Part shown: in pieces, positions 8,150 to 16,381 of the stretch
Layout of the letters: every line of letters begins with the position of its first letter
Numbering within the stretch: the stretch's first letter is position 1
DNA from: a virus
Lineage: Duplodnaviria > Caudoviricetes
DNA: 30,201 nucleotides
Virus record (IMG/VR): IMGVR_UViG_3300020045_006388
Location: 1-30,201 of that record
Strand: one strand, 5' to 3'
Position numbers and translations under genes: made by a program
Notes under the pieces: model-generated
Database searches by the model: none
Seen by the model: only the letters and a program-made list of their open reading frames with translations
Told to the model about the DNA's origin: nothing

Positions 8150-9058
8150 TTAGGAAAAGTCGGCAGGATCGACACCATCCGTGTCAATCTCGCCCTCGTC
8201 AGCATCCGGTTCGGCTTCTGGCTCGGCCTTGGGCTTTGTCGCGGCCTTTGGCTTGGCGGCGGGCTTCGCTTCAGCCTTCGCTGGCGACTGCCCTGCGGTA
8301 GGCTTTGCTTCATAGATCAGCTCGATCAGCGGATTGGTGCCGGGCGGCAAATCCAGCGGCTCGGTTACGCCCAGCCCATTCTTGCTCACGCTCGCGGCGG
8401 TTGCGTGGCACACCAGTTCGCGGTCGCCATTGCTGATCACCTTTTTGCGCTCGCCTTCATCGCCACGCATGGCCGAGACCAGCCGCACGTAGCCGACCAA
8501 ATCGACATCATCGACATAAGGCGCAATGCTTTTTGCCATCAGCCGCAAGCTATAACGCTGGTAATCGTCCGCGTCGGGGAGGCGCATAGTTTCCAGATCA
8601 GCGTGGCTGATAAACACCACGACCATTCCCTTGCGCTCATTCAGCAGCCCGGCGGCCTTGCGCACGCGGCCGTGCATCGCAGCAACTGCGGCTGGCCCGT
8701 TGCCGTAACCCCCTAGCGCCTGATTGATGCCCTTGGCGCGCCCGTCCTTTTCGAGAATTTCCCGGATGAATATCTCTTCCAGCTTCGACACGCTGTCGAT
8801 CACAAGCGTCTGATAGGGGTGATCTTCACGCAAGAGCGCAATCAGCTGTTCTTCCAGATCGGCCATCGAGTGGACCACCGGAAAAGCATCCGGTAGCTGG
8901 ACTGACTTGTCAATTCGGCCCACGCCATCCTCGGCGCGGATAAAGATAGGATAGGGGAAAGTGGCAGCAAGACTGGTCTTGCCTGTGCCCGCATCGCCGC
9001 AGATCGTGATGATTGGCAGGCGTTTTTCGGGCTTCGATACTTGAGACAATATGCTCAT
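8150..9058 (-). CDS. AAA ATPase (AAA_24/Sak4-like)
   Basis: Walker A GDAGTGKT, Walker B LVIDS, GGYG, FISH; ATG at 9058 follows GAGG. Confidence 0.85.
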   Translation of the reverse strand: MSILSQVSKPEKRLPIITICGDAGTGKTSLAATFPYPIFIRAEDGVGRIDKSVQLPDAFPVVHSMADLEEQLIALLREDHPYQTLVIDSVSKLEEIFIREILEKDGRAKGINQALGGYGNGPAAVAAMHGRVRKAAGLLNERKGMVVVFISHADLETMRLPDADDYQRYSLRLMAKSIAPYVDDVDLVGYVRLVSAMRGDEGERKKVISNGDRELVCHATAASVSKNGLGVTEPLDLPPGTNPLIELIYEAKPTAGQSPAKAEAKPAAKPKAATKPKAEPEAEPDADEGEIDTDGVDPADFS

Positions 9059-9116
9059 CGGCTGCACCTCATTGGGCTTGTGCGGGCAGGGGCCGCGATC
9101 AACAACCTGCGATTGC

Positions 9117-9159
9117 CACTAAAGCAGGCTTTACATAGCCAGTCAAGCCTGCTTTAGTG
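9117..9159. promoter_or_regulatory. Overlapping divergent promoters with paired operators
   Basis: 15-bp perfect inverted repeat CACTAAAGCAGGCTT / AAGCCTGCTTTAGTG; TTTACA-17-TTTAGT on + and TTGACT-17-TTTAGT on -. Confidence 0.75.
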
Positions 9160-9194
9160 CTAATGTTGAAAATATCCAAACAGCCGAGGAAAAT

Positions 9195-9356
9195 ATGACC
9201 AAACAGGAAGCTATAGACGCATTTGGAAGCGCCAAGGCGCTGGCTGATGCGCTAGGAATTACCGCGCAAGCGGTCAGCCAATGGCCGGACGATGTGCCGG
9301 AATTGCGAGTGTTTCAAATCCGCCACGTTCTTAGCGCAAGGGATAATGGCCAATGA
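9195..9356 (+). CDS. Cro-like HTH regulator, 53 aa
   Basis: Not in ORF track. MTKQEAIDAFGSAKALADALGITAQAVSQWPDDVPELRVFQI; GAGGA RBS; ATGA overlap with the primase. Confidence 0.88.
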   Translation: MTKQEAIDAFGSAKALADALGITAQAVSQWPDDVPELRVFQIRHVLSARDNGQ

Positions 9357-10819
9357 ACGCGACAGGAGGGGGCGCGGGCAAAGCTGCGGGCAATAGTGGG
9401 TCTGGCAAATTCGACTTTGACGCGATTAAGGCCAGGATCAAGATTGCAGACGTAATAGGCGGAGTGGTTCCGCTAAAGCGCAAGGGCAACGTCCACGAGG
9501 GTTGCTGTCCGTTCCATCAAGAGCGCACGCCTAGCTTTAAGGTCTATGACGATCATTATCATTGCTTTGGGTGCGGCGCTCATGGCGATGTGGTGGATTT
9601 CATCACCGAGACGCAAGGTGTCAACGCAGCCGAGGCGATCGACAGGCTAGGCGCTGGCGATTACAAACTAGACGCGCCCGCAAAAGCAGCGATCAAAGAG
9701 CGAGACAAAACACGCGAACGCGAAATCGCAGCCGCCATCATACAGGCTCGCAGCCGCTGGGAAGCCGCAGAGCCAGCCCCAGCCGCCAACGCCTATCTTG
9801 CACGTAAGGGCATCCGCCCGCATATGGCGCGTAGCGAAGGCCCGCTGTTACTAATCCCGGTCTATGATCGGGGCGGCGATATCCAATCCGTCCAGACCAT
9901 TGCTGGAGATGGCGCAAAGCTATTCCAATTCGCAGCCCCCGTGAAGGGTGGGCGTCTCTATTTTGGCATCGCGGTAGGCCGCTCGATTATCTGCGAAGGC
10001 TTCGCCACCGCTGCCAGTATCTACGAAAGCGTGGCCGATCGGGTGTGCGTGGCCTTTAGCGCGAACGGCGTTAAGGAAATGGCGCGCGAATTTGCGGACG
10101 CTGGCTTGCCATTTGTCATTGCGGCGGATCGCAAGGCAGCAGCCGATATGATCGCGCTTGGCCGCGAATTATTAGCCCCTGTCTATTTTCCTCCAGGCCC
10201 TTATGACGACTTTAACGACCTCGCCAGCGCGGATGGCCATGATGCTGTTGCTGATATCTTGCGCGGTCCGCCTTGCTTGTCTTCCCCAGAGCCAGAAGCG
10301 CCTAACGAGCCAGAGCCAGCTTCGGACAATGATCCTGGCGATGACCCGGTGGATATCTGGGCAAAGGCCGTCCCTCCTGCGTTATTGCCCGGCATTCTGC
10401 CTCCTATCCTGGAGCGATTTGCTATGGCGCGCGCTAGAATGATTGGCGCAGACCCCGGCGGGCTATCCATGGCCGCTTTGACAGTATGCGGGGCAATGAT
10501 CAGCGACACGATCAAGCTAAAGGTTAAGCGTAACGAGAACTGGAGCGGGCAAACCATACGCTGTCGTCATGGCAGGACGGGCAGCAGGAATATCTATTGG
10601 CCTGCCAAGCTGCTGGCGCTTTTGCGTGTGTCGCATTGGGCGCTGGCGCGGCTTGGCAGGCTTTTGGGGTGTGGCTATGCGGCCGAGCGTTGCCAGGCGG
10701 GATTGCGAAACTCTAGCGCACGCCCGCTCTTGATCGCTGATGCCATCCGTTCCCGCTCAATTCTAGCCAGGAACCGCTTGCTGGTTTCTTCTAGGCTGCG
10801 GCTGATATCGCCAGGGTAA
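9353..10819 (+). pseudogene. CHC2 zinc-finger/TOPRIM primase, truncated at ~10545
   Basis: CPFH...HCFGC, ICEGFATA, DDFND. After KRNENWS the frame runs through the duplicated VRR-NUC fragment out of frame. Confidence 0.85.
10546..10716 (+). pseudogene. 3' fragment of a second VRR-NUC gene
   Basis: RANHTLSSWQDGQQEYLLACQAAGAFAC...* matches the end of 4233-4673; no 5' part. Confidence 0.85.
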
Positions 10820-11013
10820 TAGCCATCATTCTTGCGGATTGCCTCTGGCTCAGGCTTGTCGGCCAAATAGGCTTTGCGCATATTCTCGATGGTAGTGAGC
10901 GATGGGGACTTGTCAAATTCACCCATGATCGCGTGTCTGATTTGTCGCGGGCAATCCATATAGGTGGCCAATACCCGCGCCATTTCCATACTGCTCCTGT
11001 GGCCTAATTCCAT
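10675..11013 (-). CDS. Hypothetical protein, 112 aa, copy 2
   Basis: Near-identical to 3936-4274. Confidence 0.85.
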   Translation of the reverse strand: MELGHRSSMEMARVLATYMDCPRQIRHAIMGEFDKSPSLTTIENMRKAYLADKPEPEAIRKNDGYYPGDISRSLEETSKRFLARIERERMASAIKSGRALEFRNPAWQRSAA

Positions 11014-11144
11014 CACCACGCCCCCGTTAGCAAATTGTAAACCGCCCACCAGAAACCGATGATGCCACTAAAGATGGCCAGCCATACGGTTATCACGAGA
11101 TAGTCCAGGCCGCACTCTTGTTCGGGCGGTTCGTCTTCATACAT
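11013..11144 (-). CDS. 43-aa membrane protein, copy 2
   Basis: MYEDEPPEQECGLDYLVITVWLAIFSGIIGFWWAVYNLLTGAW; GGAG RBS. Confidence 0.7.
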   Translation of the reverse strand: MYEDEPPEQECGLDYLVITVWLAIFSGIIGFWWAVYNLLTGAW

Positions 11145-11223
11145 GGCTTTTCTCCATTATCGTTAGCCGCCCTTGCCACACGCATGGGCATGAAAGGAAC
11201 GCGATGGCCGGATAGGTATAGGG

Positions 11224-11415
11224 TCACTTGCCATCCTCCCAATAATCCGTTGGTAATGGAACACCGCGCTCAGCTGCCAGCTTAGCAATATCGTGCCTGC
11301 GCCGCCAAGGGATCGGCCTTGCGTGCCAATTGGCAACGGTTGAACGATCAGCCCCCAGTGCGGTAGCCAGCGCGACAGTGCCCCCAAGGGCCTCTATAAG
11401 CGGGTTTGTTTTCAT
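11224..11415 (-). CDS. Cro-like HTH regulator
   Basis: LIEALGGTVALATALG...STVANW..R.IPW pattern. Confidence 0.8.
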   Translation of the reverse strand: MKTNPLIEALGGTVALATALGADRSTVANWHARPIPWRRRHDIAKLAAERGVPLPTDYWEDGK

Positions 11416-11421
11416 ACCATC

Positions 11422-11528
11422 CTTGTCCCATATCGTTTGCGGGATGGCAAGCGTTAAATTGCATGAATTATTATTTTCGCCTTAGCTGCATTTTTCCAGT
11501 TGACACCCTTGTTGCATCATGGGACAAG
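11422..11528. promoter_or_regulatory. Divergent promoter pair
   Basis: TTGACA(11500)-17-GACAAG on +; TTGCCA(11450)-17-GACAAG on -; AT-rich centre. Confidence 0.65.
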
Positions 11529-11552
11529 TGGGGCATCGAAAGGGAACACGCC

Positions 11553-11933
11553 ATGACAAATGCAGATACCTCATTTTTCACCTTCCTTGGCCTGACAAGC
11601 TGGGCCGAACGCTGGGAGGCCTGCAAGGGCACCGCGCTGGAAAACGCCTGCCTGCAATCGTTCGCTGATAGCAGCGATGCGGAACTGGCCTGCCATGCTG
11701 GCTGCGCCCTGGAATGCCCGGAAGCGCGTGATGAGGCCATCGGCTACATCGAGGACTTTCTTGCAGCCCTGGACGCTGAGGAAGCGTTCCACGAGGCTTG
11801 CTACAGCCACGAGGCCCACAGCGGCCACGAATGGGAAAGCAGCCCTGCGCTGTTCGACAGCAAGGCATGGCAGGCAGAATACGCCGCCAAGCTGGACGCT
11901 GGCCACCGTGCATTTGTGCGAGGTGCGGCATGA
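11553..11933 (+). CDS. Acidic hypothetical early protein
   Basis: First gene after the promoter; AAGGGA RBS; coupled downstream. Confidence 0.7.
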   Translation: MTNADTSFFTFLGLTSWAERWEACKGTALENACLQSFADSSDAELACHAGCALECPEARDEAIGYIEDFLAALDAEEAFHEACYSHEAHSGHEWESSPALFDSKAWQAEYAAKLDAGHRAFVRGAA

Positions 11934-12067
11934 ACGCGCCCCACCAGATCGATACCAGCGAACTGTCCGCATCCATTGCCAAGCTGGACGCCATCACCGC
12001 GGCCCATCGTGCAGAGGTTGGCGAGGAACGCTGGGCTGAACTTCAAGCTGAATGGGAGGAATTGTGA
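11930..12067 (+). CDS. Small hypothetical early protein
   Basis: MNAPHQIDTSELSAS...EWEEL; coupled at both ends. Confidence 0.6.
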   Translation: MNAPHQIDTSELSASIAKLDAITAAHRAEVGEERWAELQAEWEEL

Positions 12068-12327
12068 TGGCTGATCGTTGGGAATGGCGGCGGAATTTCC
12101 TCTGGCGTCAGGGTGGCGATTTCGTCCTCTATTACACCGTCAATGATGACGGGCTGCACGGAACCGATGCGGACAAGCGCCTGGCCGCAGCCGCGCCGGA
12201 TTTGCTTGAGGCGCTGCAAGAGGCGGAGGTTCTCTATCAGGTTGGCCTTCTAAATGCCGCTGATGGGCAAGCCACGCGAGTCCACCACCTTCGCCAAGCC
12301 GCCATCGCCAAGGCCCTCGGCCAATGA
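12067..12327 (+). CDS. Hypothetical early protein
   Basis: GGGAGGA RBS; common phage motif RLAAAAPDLLEAL...AAIAKA. Confidence 0.75.
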   Translation: MADRWEWRRNFLWRQGGDFVLYYTVNDDGLHGTDADKRLAAAAPDLLEALQEAEVLYQVGLLNAADGQATRVHHLRQAAIAKALGQ

Positions 12328-12407
12328 TCCGCCAGCTTGAAACAGACCGCGTGTTGACGCCCCACGAAGCGGGCAGGGCGCGTAAGAGAATTGGAGCAGG
12401 GACGTGA
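12324..12407 (+). CDS. 27-aa linker ORF
   Basis: MIRQLETDRVLTPHEAGRARKRIGAGT; ATGA and GTGA overlaps on the two sides. Confidence 0.35.
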   Translation: MIRQLETDRVLTPHEAGRARKRIGAGT

Positions 12408-12619
12408 CCGACGACGAAATTCGCGCCTTGGGCTTTGTCCCTTGGCATGGGGGCAAGGAGCCGCCGCTTGATTGGGACGGAGGCCCTTACCTCTGCCGCG
12501 ACGGTAAAACATACCACCTGTGCGGCTATGGCTGGGGGCATGGAACCCATTGCTACAATCCGACCGCAGACTGGGATCGAGTTGGCTACCGCCGGAAGGA
12601 ACCAACCAATGCAAACTGA
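12404..12619 (+). CDS. Hypothetical protein with WHGG motif
   Basis: PWHGGKEPP.DWDG...DRVGYR; GGAG RBS. Confidence 0.65.
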   Translation: MTDDEIRALGFVPWHGGKEPPLDWDGGPYLCRDGKTYHLCGYGWGHGTHCYNPTADWDRVGYRRKEPTNAN

Positions 12620-13175
12620 CCAAATCACCGAGCTGCTAGACGCTGCCAATATCCGCTACACCCCCGAAGCTGTCGCGATGCTTGCCGAGTGCAATGCGCC
12701 TGCGACTGACTTCGAGCAGTATCGGGAGGCTCACCAAGTGTATTGGGCTTGTGATCCATCGCACCCCAGCCTTGAGGTTCGCTGCATAATCGCCCTCATC
12801 GCCGCCCATCCACACATGCCCGAAACGAAGGCCATGCAGGCGCGGATAGCGGAATTGGAGGCGCGAGCTGTGGAAGTTTCTAGCGCGCACAAATGGATGG
12901 CCGATCTGGCCAATTACGGGAAAGTAATCACGCTTGACGGCGAGTGGGTGTCGCTAGAGGATTTTTACAACAAGCCCGCCCCCGATGGCTGGATCGAGTG
13001 GCATGGTGGCGAGTGTCCGGTTGATGGGGATGTGTTTGTTGTTGTGCGGTATCGCACTGATCCGGCTTCAATGGACTTCGTCAAGTTCCGCACGTTCCGC
13101 GCATCGGGGCTTGTTTGGGATCAACTCAAGGCGGCGTCTGCTACCGACATCATCGCCTATCGGGTGCTGCCATGA
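12609..13175 (+). CDS. Hypothetical protein with C-terminal WHGG domain
   Basis: AAGGA RBS; WIEWHGGECPV...DIIAYRV. Confidence 0.7.
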   Translation: MQTDQITELLDAANIRYTPEAVAMLAECNAPATDFEQYREAHQVYWACDPSHPSLEVRCIIALIAAHPHMPETKAMQARIAELEARAVEVSSAHKWMADLANYGKVITLDGEWVSLEDFYNKPAPDGWIEWHGGECPVDGDVFVVVRYRTDPASMDFVKFRTFRASGLVWDQLKAASATDIIAYRVLP

Positions 13176-13600
13176 GCGGGCCGGAACTCGCCAGACTGTT
13201 TCACGAAACCTACGAGGAACTGGCCCCACAATTCGGCTATGAGACACGGCAAGAAACGCGCGCCTTCGATCCTGAAAGCCCGAACGGGAAGCTGATGGTG
13301 GCGACTTGCGAGAGCGTTCTCACAGCATGGAACCAGCGGGAAGCGCCGCAGGGATGGCAGCCGATTGAGACTGCGCCGAGAGATGGGACGGCAATTATTC
13401 TTGCTGCCAGTCACGGTGTTTCAGTTGGTTGGTGGGAGGACAGCGAGCCAACATTCAAGTGGCGCTTCGTGGATGATTTTGACCTTACTCCTACCGGCTG
13501 CTGTGACGACGAAAGCGATGATCGCGTGCCCTGCAATGGGATGCACGCCGATACGCCCACCCACTGGCAACCCCTCCCCACCCCACCGGAGAAACTGTGA
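13172..13600 (+). CDS. DUF551-like protein
   Basis: WQPIETAPRDGT...PTHWQPLP.PP. Confidence 0.75.
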   Translation: MSGPELARLFHETYEELAPQFGYETRQETRAFDPESPNGKLMVATCESVLTAWNQREAPQGWQPIETAPRDGTAIILAASHGVSVGWWEDSEPTFKWRFVDDFDLTPTGCCDDESDDRVPCNGMHADTPTHWQPLPTPPEKL

Positions 13601-13827
13601 TGGATGACCTTGTGAATAGGCTGACATTGTGGGGCGAACACGGCCTGACAAGCGATTTGTCTGACCTCACCGAAGCCGCCGCCCGCATCACCGCGCTTGA
13701 GGCCGATAAGGCGGGGCTGGTGGAGGTAGTGCGGTTGTATGTCGATCTGTCAGACGTAAGGCCGGAGCATGAGGATATAGTCGCCCGCGCCGCACTCGAA
13801 CAGCATGGAGGAAGCCATGACCAATGA
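13597..13827 (+). CDS. Hypothetical early protein
   Basis: DLVNRL...EAAARITALEA motif; coupled. Confidence 0.65.
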   Translation: MMDDLVNRLTLWGEHGLTSDLSDLTEAAARITALEADKAGLVEVVRLYVDLSDVRPEHEDIVARAALEQHGGSHDQ

Positions 13828-14146
13828 ACTAATCGCCGCGCTGGAAGCGGCTGAGGGGGCGAGCCGGGAGTTGGATGCGGCGATTGCTGACCTGCGATGG
13901 ATGCAGAACTGGGGCAAGAAGCGGCCCAAGGATATTCATGCGGCCCCCGTCACGTCATCCATCGACGCCGCCATGACGCTGGTGCCGGAGGGGTGGCGTC
14001 CGTCAATCGACTGCACGTTTGACCGGCCAGAAGTGACGATGCATCCCTGGTCCGATCACCTATTCAAGCATGGCCGGAAGTATGGGAAAGCCGCAACCCC
14101 CGCCATCGCCATCTGCATCGCCGCCCTTCGCGCAGGTGAAGCATGA
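13817..14146 (+). CDS. Hypothetical protein (phage ABA-sandwich-like)
   Basis: SRELDAAIA...TSSIDAAMTLVPEG...TPAIAICIAALRA; GGAGG RBS. Confidence 0.7.
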   Translation: MTNELIAALEAAEGASRELDAAIADLRWMQNWGKKRPKDIHAAPVTSSIDAAMTLVPEGWRPSIDCTFDRPEVTMHPWSDHLFKHGRKYGKAATPAIAICIAALRAGEA

Positions 14147-14349
14147 GCGAGGTTGAACGGATCGCTTGCCCTAATTGCGGCGGCGCAGGGTGCTTTGACG
14201 ATCAGGTGGCCGTTTGTTGTGGCAATGTGCTGCCATCTGGCGAATGTTGCTCAATGCCAGTTGGCGAGCACGTCCAATATCCGTGCGGTCAATGCGAAGG
14301 TTCCGGCCTTCGCGTCCGCCAGTGGCTACAGGAGAATGACGATGGTTGA
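14143..14349 (+). CDS. Small zinc-binding protein
   Basis: CPNCGGAG, CC..CC and CGQCEGSG (DnaJ-like CxxCxGxG). Confidence 0.65.
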   Translation: MSEVERIACPNCGGAGCFDDQVAVCCGNVLPSGECCSMPVGEHVQYPCGQCEGSGLRVRQWLQENDDG

Positions 14350-14689
14350 AGTGACGCATGCCGACAAGGACGACCGTGTTGTGCCGGTAAGCGTCAAACC
14401 GCGCCCGTTCCCGGTTATGATGGATTACAACGGCCTGTGCCAAGCCCTAGCCGATGAATGGGCCGCCCTTGATCCGGTGGATGAAACACGGACGTTATTG
14501 GCTGAGGCCATCAAGGCAATTGGTATCCTCTGCGATGCTCTTGAGACGCGAGAGGAATACATTCGCCGCCTTTATTCGTCCGTGCTCGAATTGAAGGACG
14601 GCATTGAGCAGCATGGCGCGGAAAAGTGGATGCCGCATCGCGTCGAACGTGCGACCAAGATCATAAAGGACTTGCAACCCCATGGCTAA
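14342..14689 (+). CDS. Hypothetical early protein
   Basis: AGGAG RBS; helical sequence; overlaps neighbours. Confidence 0.6.
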   Translation: MVEVTHADKDDRVVPVSVKPRPFPVMMDYNGLCQALADEWAALDPVDETRTLLAEAIKAIGILCDALETREEYIRRLYSSVLELKDGIEQHGAEKWMPHRVERATKIIKDLQPHG

Positions 14690-14858
14690 ATTGAACGCCT
14701 ATGAGCGCCGCATTGTGAAGTGGCTGCGGGCGCGAGCCGACTATCTCGAACGTGTCGGTTCCAGTTTCGACCACTACGACGCCGGTTGTCTGTTCCGAGA
14801 AGCAGCGGCCATTGAAAGCGGCGAGCATCACACACTGCATCTGGATGACCAGCCATGA
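14682..14858 (+). CDS. 58-aa hypothetical protein
   Basis: Not in ORF track. MAKLNAYERRIVKWLR...AAAIESGEH; ATGA-coupled. Confidence 0.6.
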   Translation: MAKLNAYERRIVKWLRARADYLERVGSSFDHYDAGCLFREAAAIESGEHHTLHLDDQP

Positions 14859-15034
14859 CACCGGACCGCTACTGGTATCGACAGGGGAGGGATGACGGCG
14901 TGCAGATGGAGCGCGAACACATCGTGACGTGGCTGCGGGAGCAATGGCGCACCGATATGGGCGTGATCGAATGCCTCGACATTGCCGACGCCATCGAGGC
15001 AGGCGAACACCTGAAAGGACAAGCACATGACTGA
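14855..15034 (+). CDS. 59-aa hypothetical protein
   Basis: Not in ORF track. MTPDRYW...EREHIVTWLR...ADAIEAGEH. Confidence 0.6.
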   Translation: MTPDRYWYRQGRDDGVQMEREHIVTWLREQWRTDMGVIECLDIADAIEAGEHLKGQAHD

Positions 15035-15380
15035 CTTGAAGGCGATGTCCGATGCGGCAACGCAGGGCAACTTAATATCTTACGGCGAATTAGATGTTGG
15101 GCTGGATTATGAACCGTTCTTTGGTTCGCCGGGGGTTGGTGGTATGCACCCGTTGCAGCCGATGGGCTACGCAGATCAGGACTTCGTGATTGCTCTTTGG
15201 AACGAATACCGCGCTGGCACCATTGGCGATACCGCAGCAGCCGAAGCGCGGGGCTACGAGCGCGGGTTGCGGGAGGCGGCGGAGGTTGCTTCCTCGCACC
15301 AAGGCGGATTTAACCAGGCCCATGACCGCACGTGCCGTCGCATCGATGACGCAATCCTCGCCAAGCTGGAGGACAAGTGA
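15027..15380 (+). CDS. Hypothetical early protein
   Basis: AAGGA RBS; LKAMSDAATQG...GLREAAEVA. Confidence 0.65.
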   Translation: MTDLKAMSDAATQGNLISYGELDVGLDYEPFFGSPGVGGMHPLQPMGYADQDFVIALWNEYRAGTIGDTAAAEARGYERGLREAAEVASSHQGGFNQAHDRTCRRIDDAILAKLEDK

Positions 15381-15661
15381 TGACTGATCTTGTGGAAGCC
15401 GTGGCGCGGGCGATCTGCGAGTGCGAAGGCTACGCCCCCAACGGCAGGATGCCCAACTGGCAGAGCAATTGGACGACGTTCATACCATCGGCGAGCGCGG
15501 TCATTCCCCTAGTGTTGGAACGGGCGGCGCTTGCTGTCGGCCACGAACTTGCAATGGTCGAAATGCTTAACGCAGAGGTTGCAGAGCCGTTGTGGATCGA
15601 AGGGCTAGAGCACGCCCACACGCGGGCCGTTGCCGCTATTCGTGGATTGGGGGAGCCGTGA
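15377..15661 (+). CDS. Hypothetical early protein
   Basis: GGAGGA RBS; DLVEAVARAIC motif; last gene before the convergent lysis region. Confidence 0.65.
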   Translation: MMTDLVEAVARAICECEGYAPNGRMPNWQSNWTTFIPSASAVIPLVLERAALAVGHELAMVEMLNAEVAEPLWIEGLEHAHTRAVAAIRGLGEP

Positions 15662-15674
15662 CAGCCAAGCGCCG

Positions 15675-16187
15675 CTATTCTTGTCCTGGGGTAAGCCCAG
15701 TCGCCCAATCATGCGCGCTCACAGCGTAGGTGTAGAGGTCGGTGCAGGCGAGCAAGTCGGCCTCACCCACGACAATTCCGGCGGGCACTGGCGTAGAAAT
15801 TCCGGCACCGTTATCGTCGGCGGCGCTATCGGCTTCGCCGGATGCACTACTATCGGACGCGGGCCGCAGGCGGTGAGTAGCGATGTAGCGAGCAACATCA
15901 GACCGAGCGGCTTCAAGATTGCGAGCGTGTTCATTGTCGGACCTTTCGGCTAGTTCCTGGTAACGGGCTTGCGCTGCGTCATTGACCGCCTGTTGCGCCT
16001 CGCCAGCCTTCACTTGCGCGGCTTCGACGCTGGCAACATAAGCAGCCATGCGGACATCGCACTTGCCTTGCGCGCTATCGTATCCGGCTTCGTAAACGCG
16101 CCACAGCAGCAAGGCGACACCGACAGCGGCCCATAATTGCCAAGGAGCGCGCTTCAGGAAGCCAAGGGCTGTCAGGATGAATGTCAT
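15675..16187 (-). CDS. Rz-like inner-membrane spanin
   Basis: N-terminal TM (WQLWAAVGVALLLW), then an Ala/Gln coiled coil; last gene of the lysis region; GAGGAG RBS. Confidence 0.7.
   Translation of the reverse strand: MTFILTALGFLKRAPWQLWAAVGVALLLWRVYEAGYDSAQGKCDVRMAAYVASVEAAQVKAGEAQQAVNDAAQARYQELAERSDNEHARNLEAARSDVARYIATHRLRPASDSSASGEADSAADDNGAGISTPVPAGIVVGEADLLACTDLYTYAVSAHDWATGLTPGQE
15719..15934 (-). CDS. Embedded Rz1-like outer-membrane lipoprotein spanin
   Basis: Signal peptide with lipobox LTA-C and a Pro-rich mature part; nested in another frame of Rz. Confidence 0.65.
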   Translation of the reverse strand: MNTLAILKPLGLMLLATSLLTACGPRPIVVHPAKPIAPPTITVPEFLRQCPPELSWVRPTCSPAPTSTPTL

Positions 16188-16381
16188 TGTCCAAACTCCT
16201 CGCCGCACTGGTAGCAATGCAGGCGCACGTCATCGCCTTCGCCATAATTACGATGCGGCACAAGGATGCTCATAAATTGCTCGTCGTCCCAGCACTTGCC
16301 GCAAAAGGCCTTGCCAGAGCGTAGGGCTTCCATATCGGACAGCCGTTGACGCGCGCCAGCAAAGGGGATGATATCAGCCAT
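16184..16381 (-). CDS. Small zinc-ribbon protein
   Basis: CGKC and CYQC; MADIIPF start. Confidence 0.6.
   Translation of the reverse strand: MADIIPFAGARQRLSDMEALRSGKAFCGKCWDDEQFMSILVPHRNYGEGDDVRLHCYQCGEEFGQ

Larger units (their letters stand above)
10537..11142 (-). repeat. Right arm of the 606-bp imperfect inverted repeat
   Basis: Reverse complement of 3807-4412 with scattered substitutions. Confidence 0.95.

Noticed and set aside
10546-10819. Novel C-terminal domain of a 488-aa primase
   Set aside because: It is out-of-frame read-through into the duplicated segment.
3936-11013. Diversity-generating retroelement template/variable repeat pair
   Set aside because: No reverse transcriptase; differences are mostly synonymous third-position changes and not adenine-specific.
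3807-11142. Recombinase-driven invertible segment or terminal inverted repeats
   Set aside because: No site-specific recombinase in the window; the arms are long, diverged coding sequence and internal; neither orientation restores the primase.
11224-11553. Lysogeny (CI/Cro) switch
   Set aside because: No CI-like repressor with a peptidase domain and no integrase in the window; lifestyle cannot be called from this sequence.
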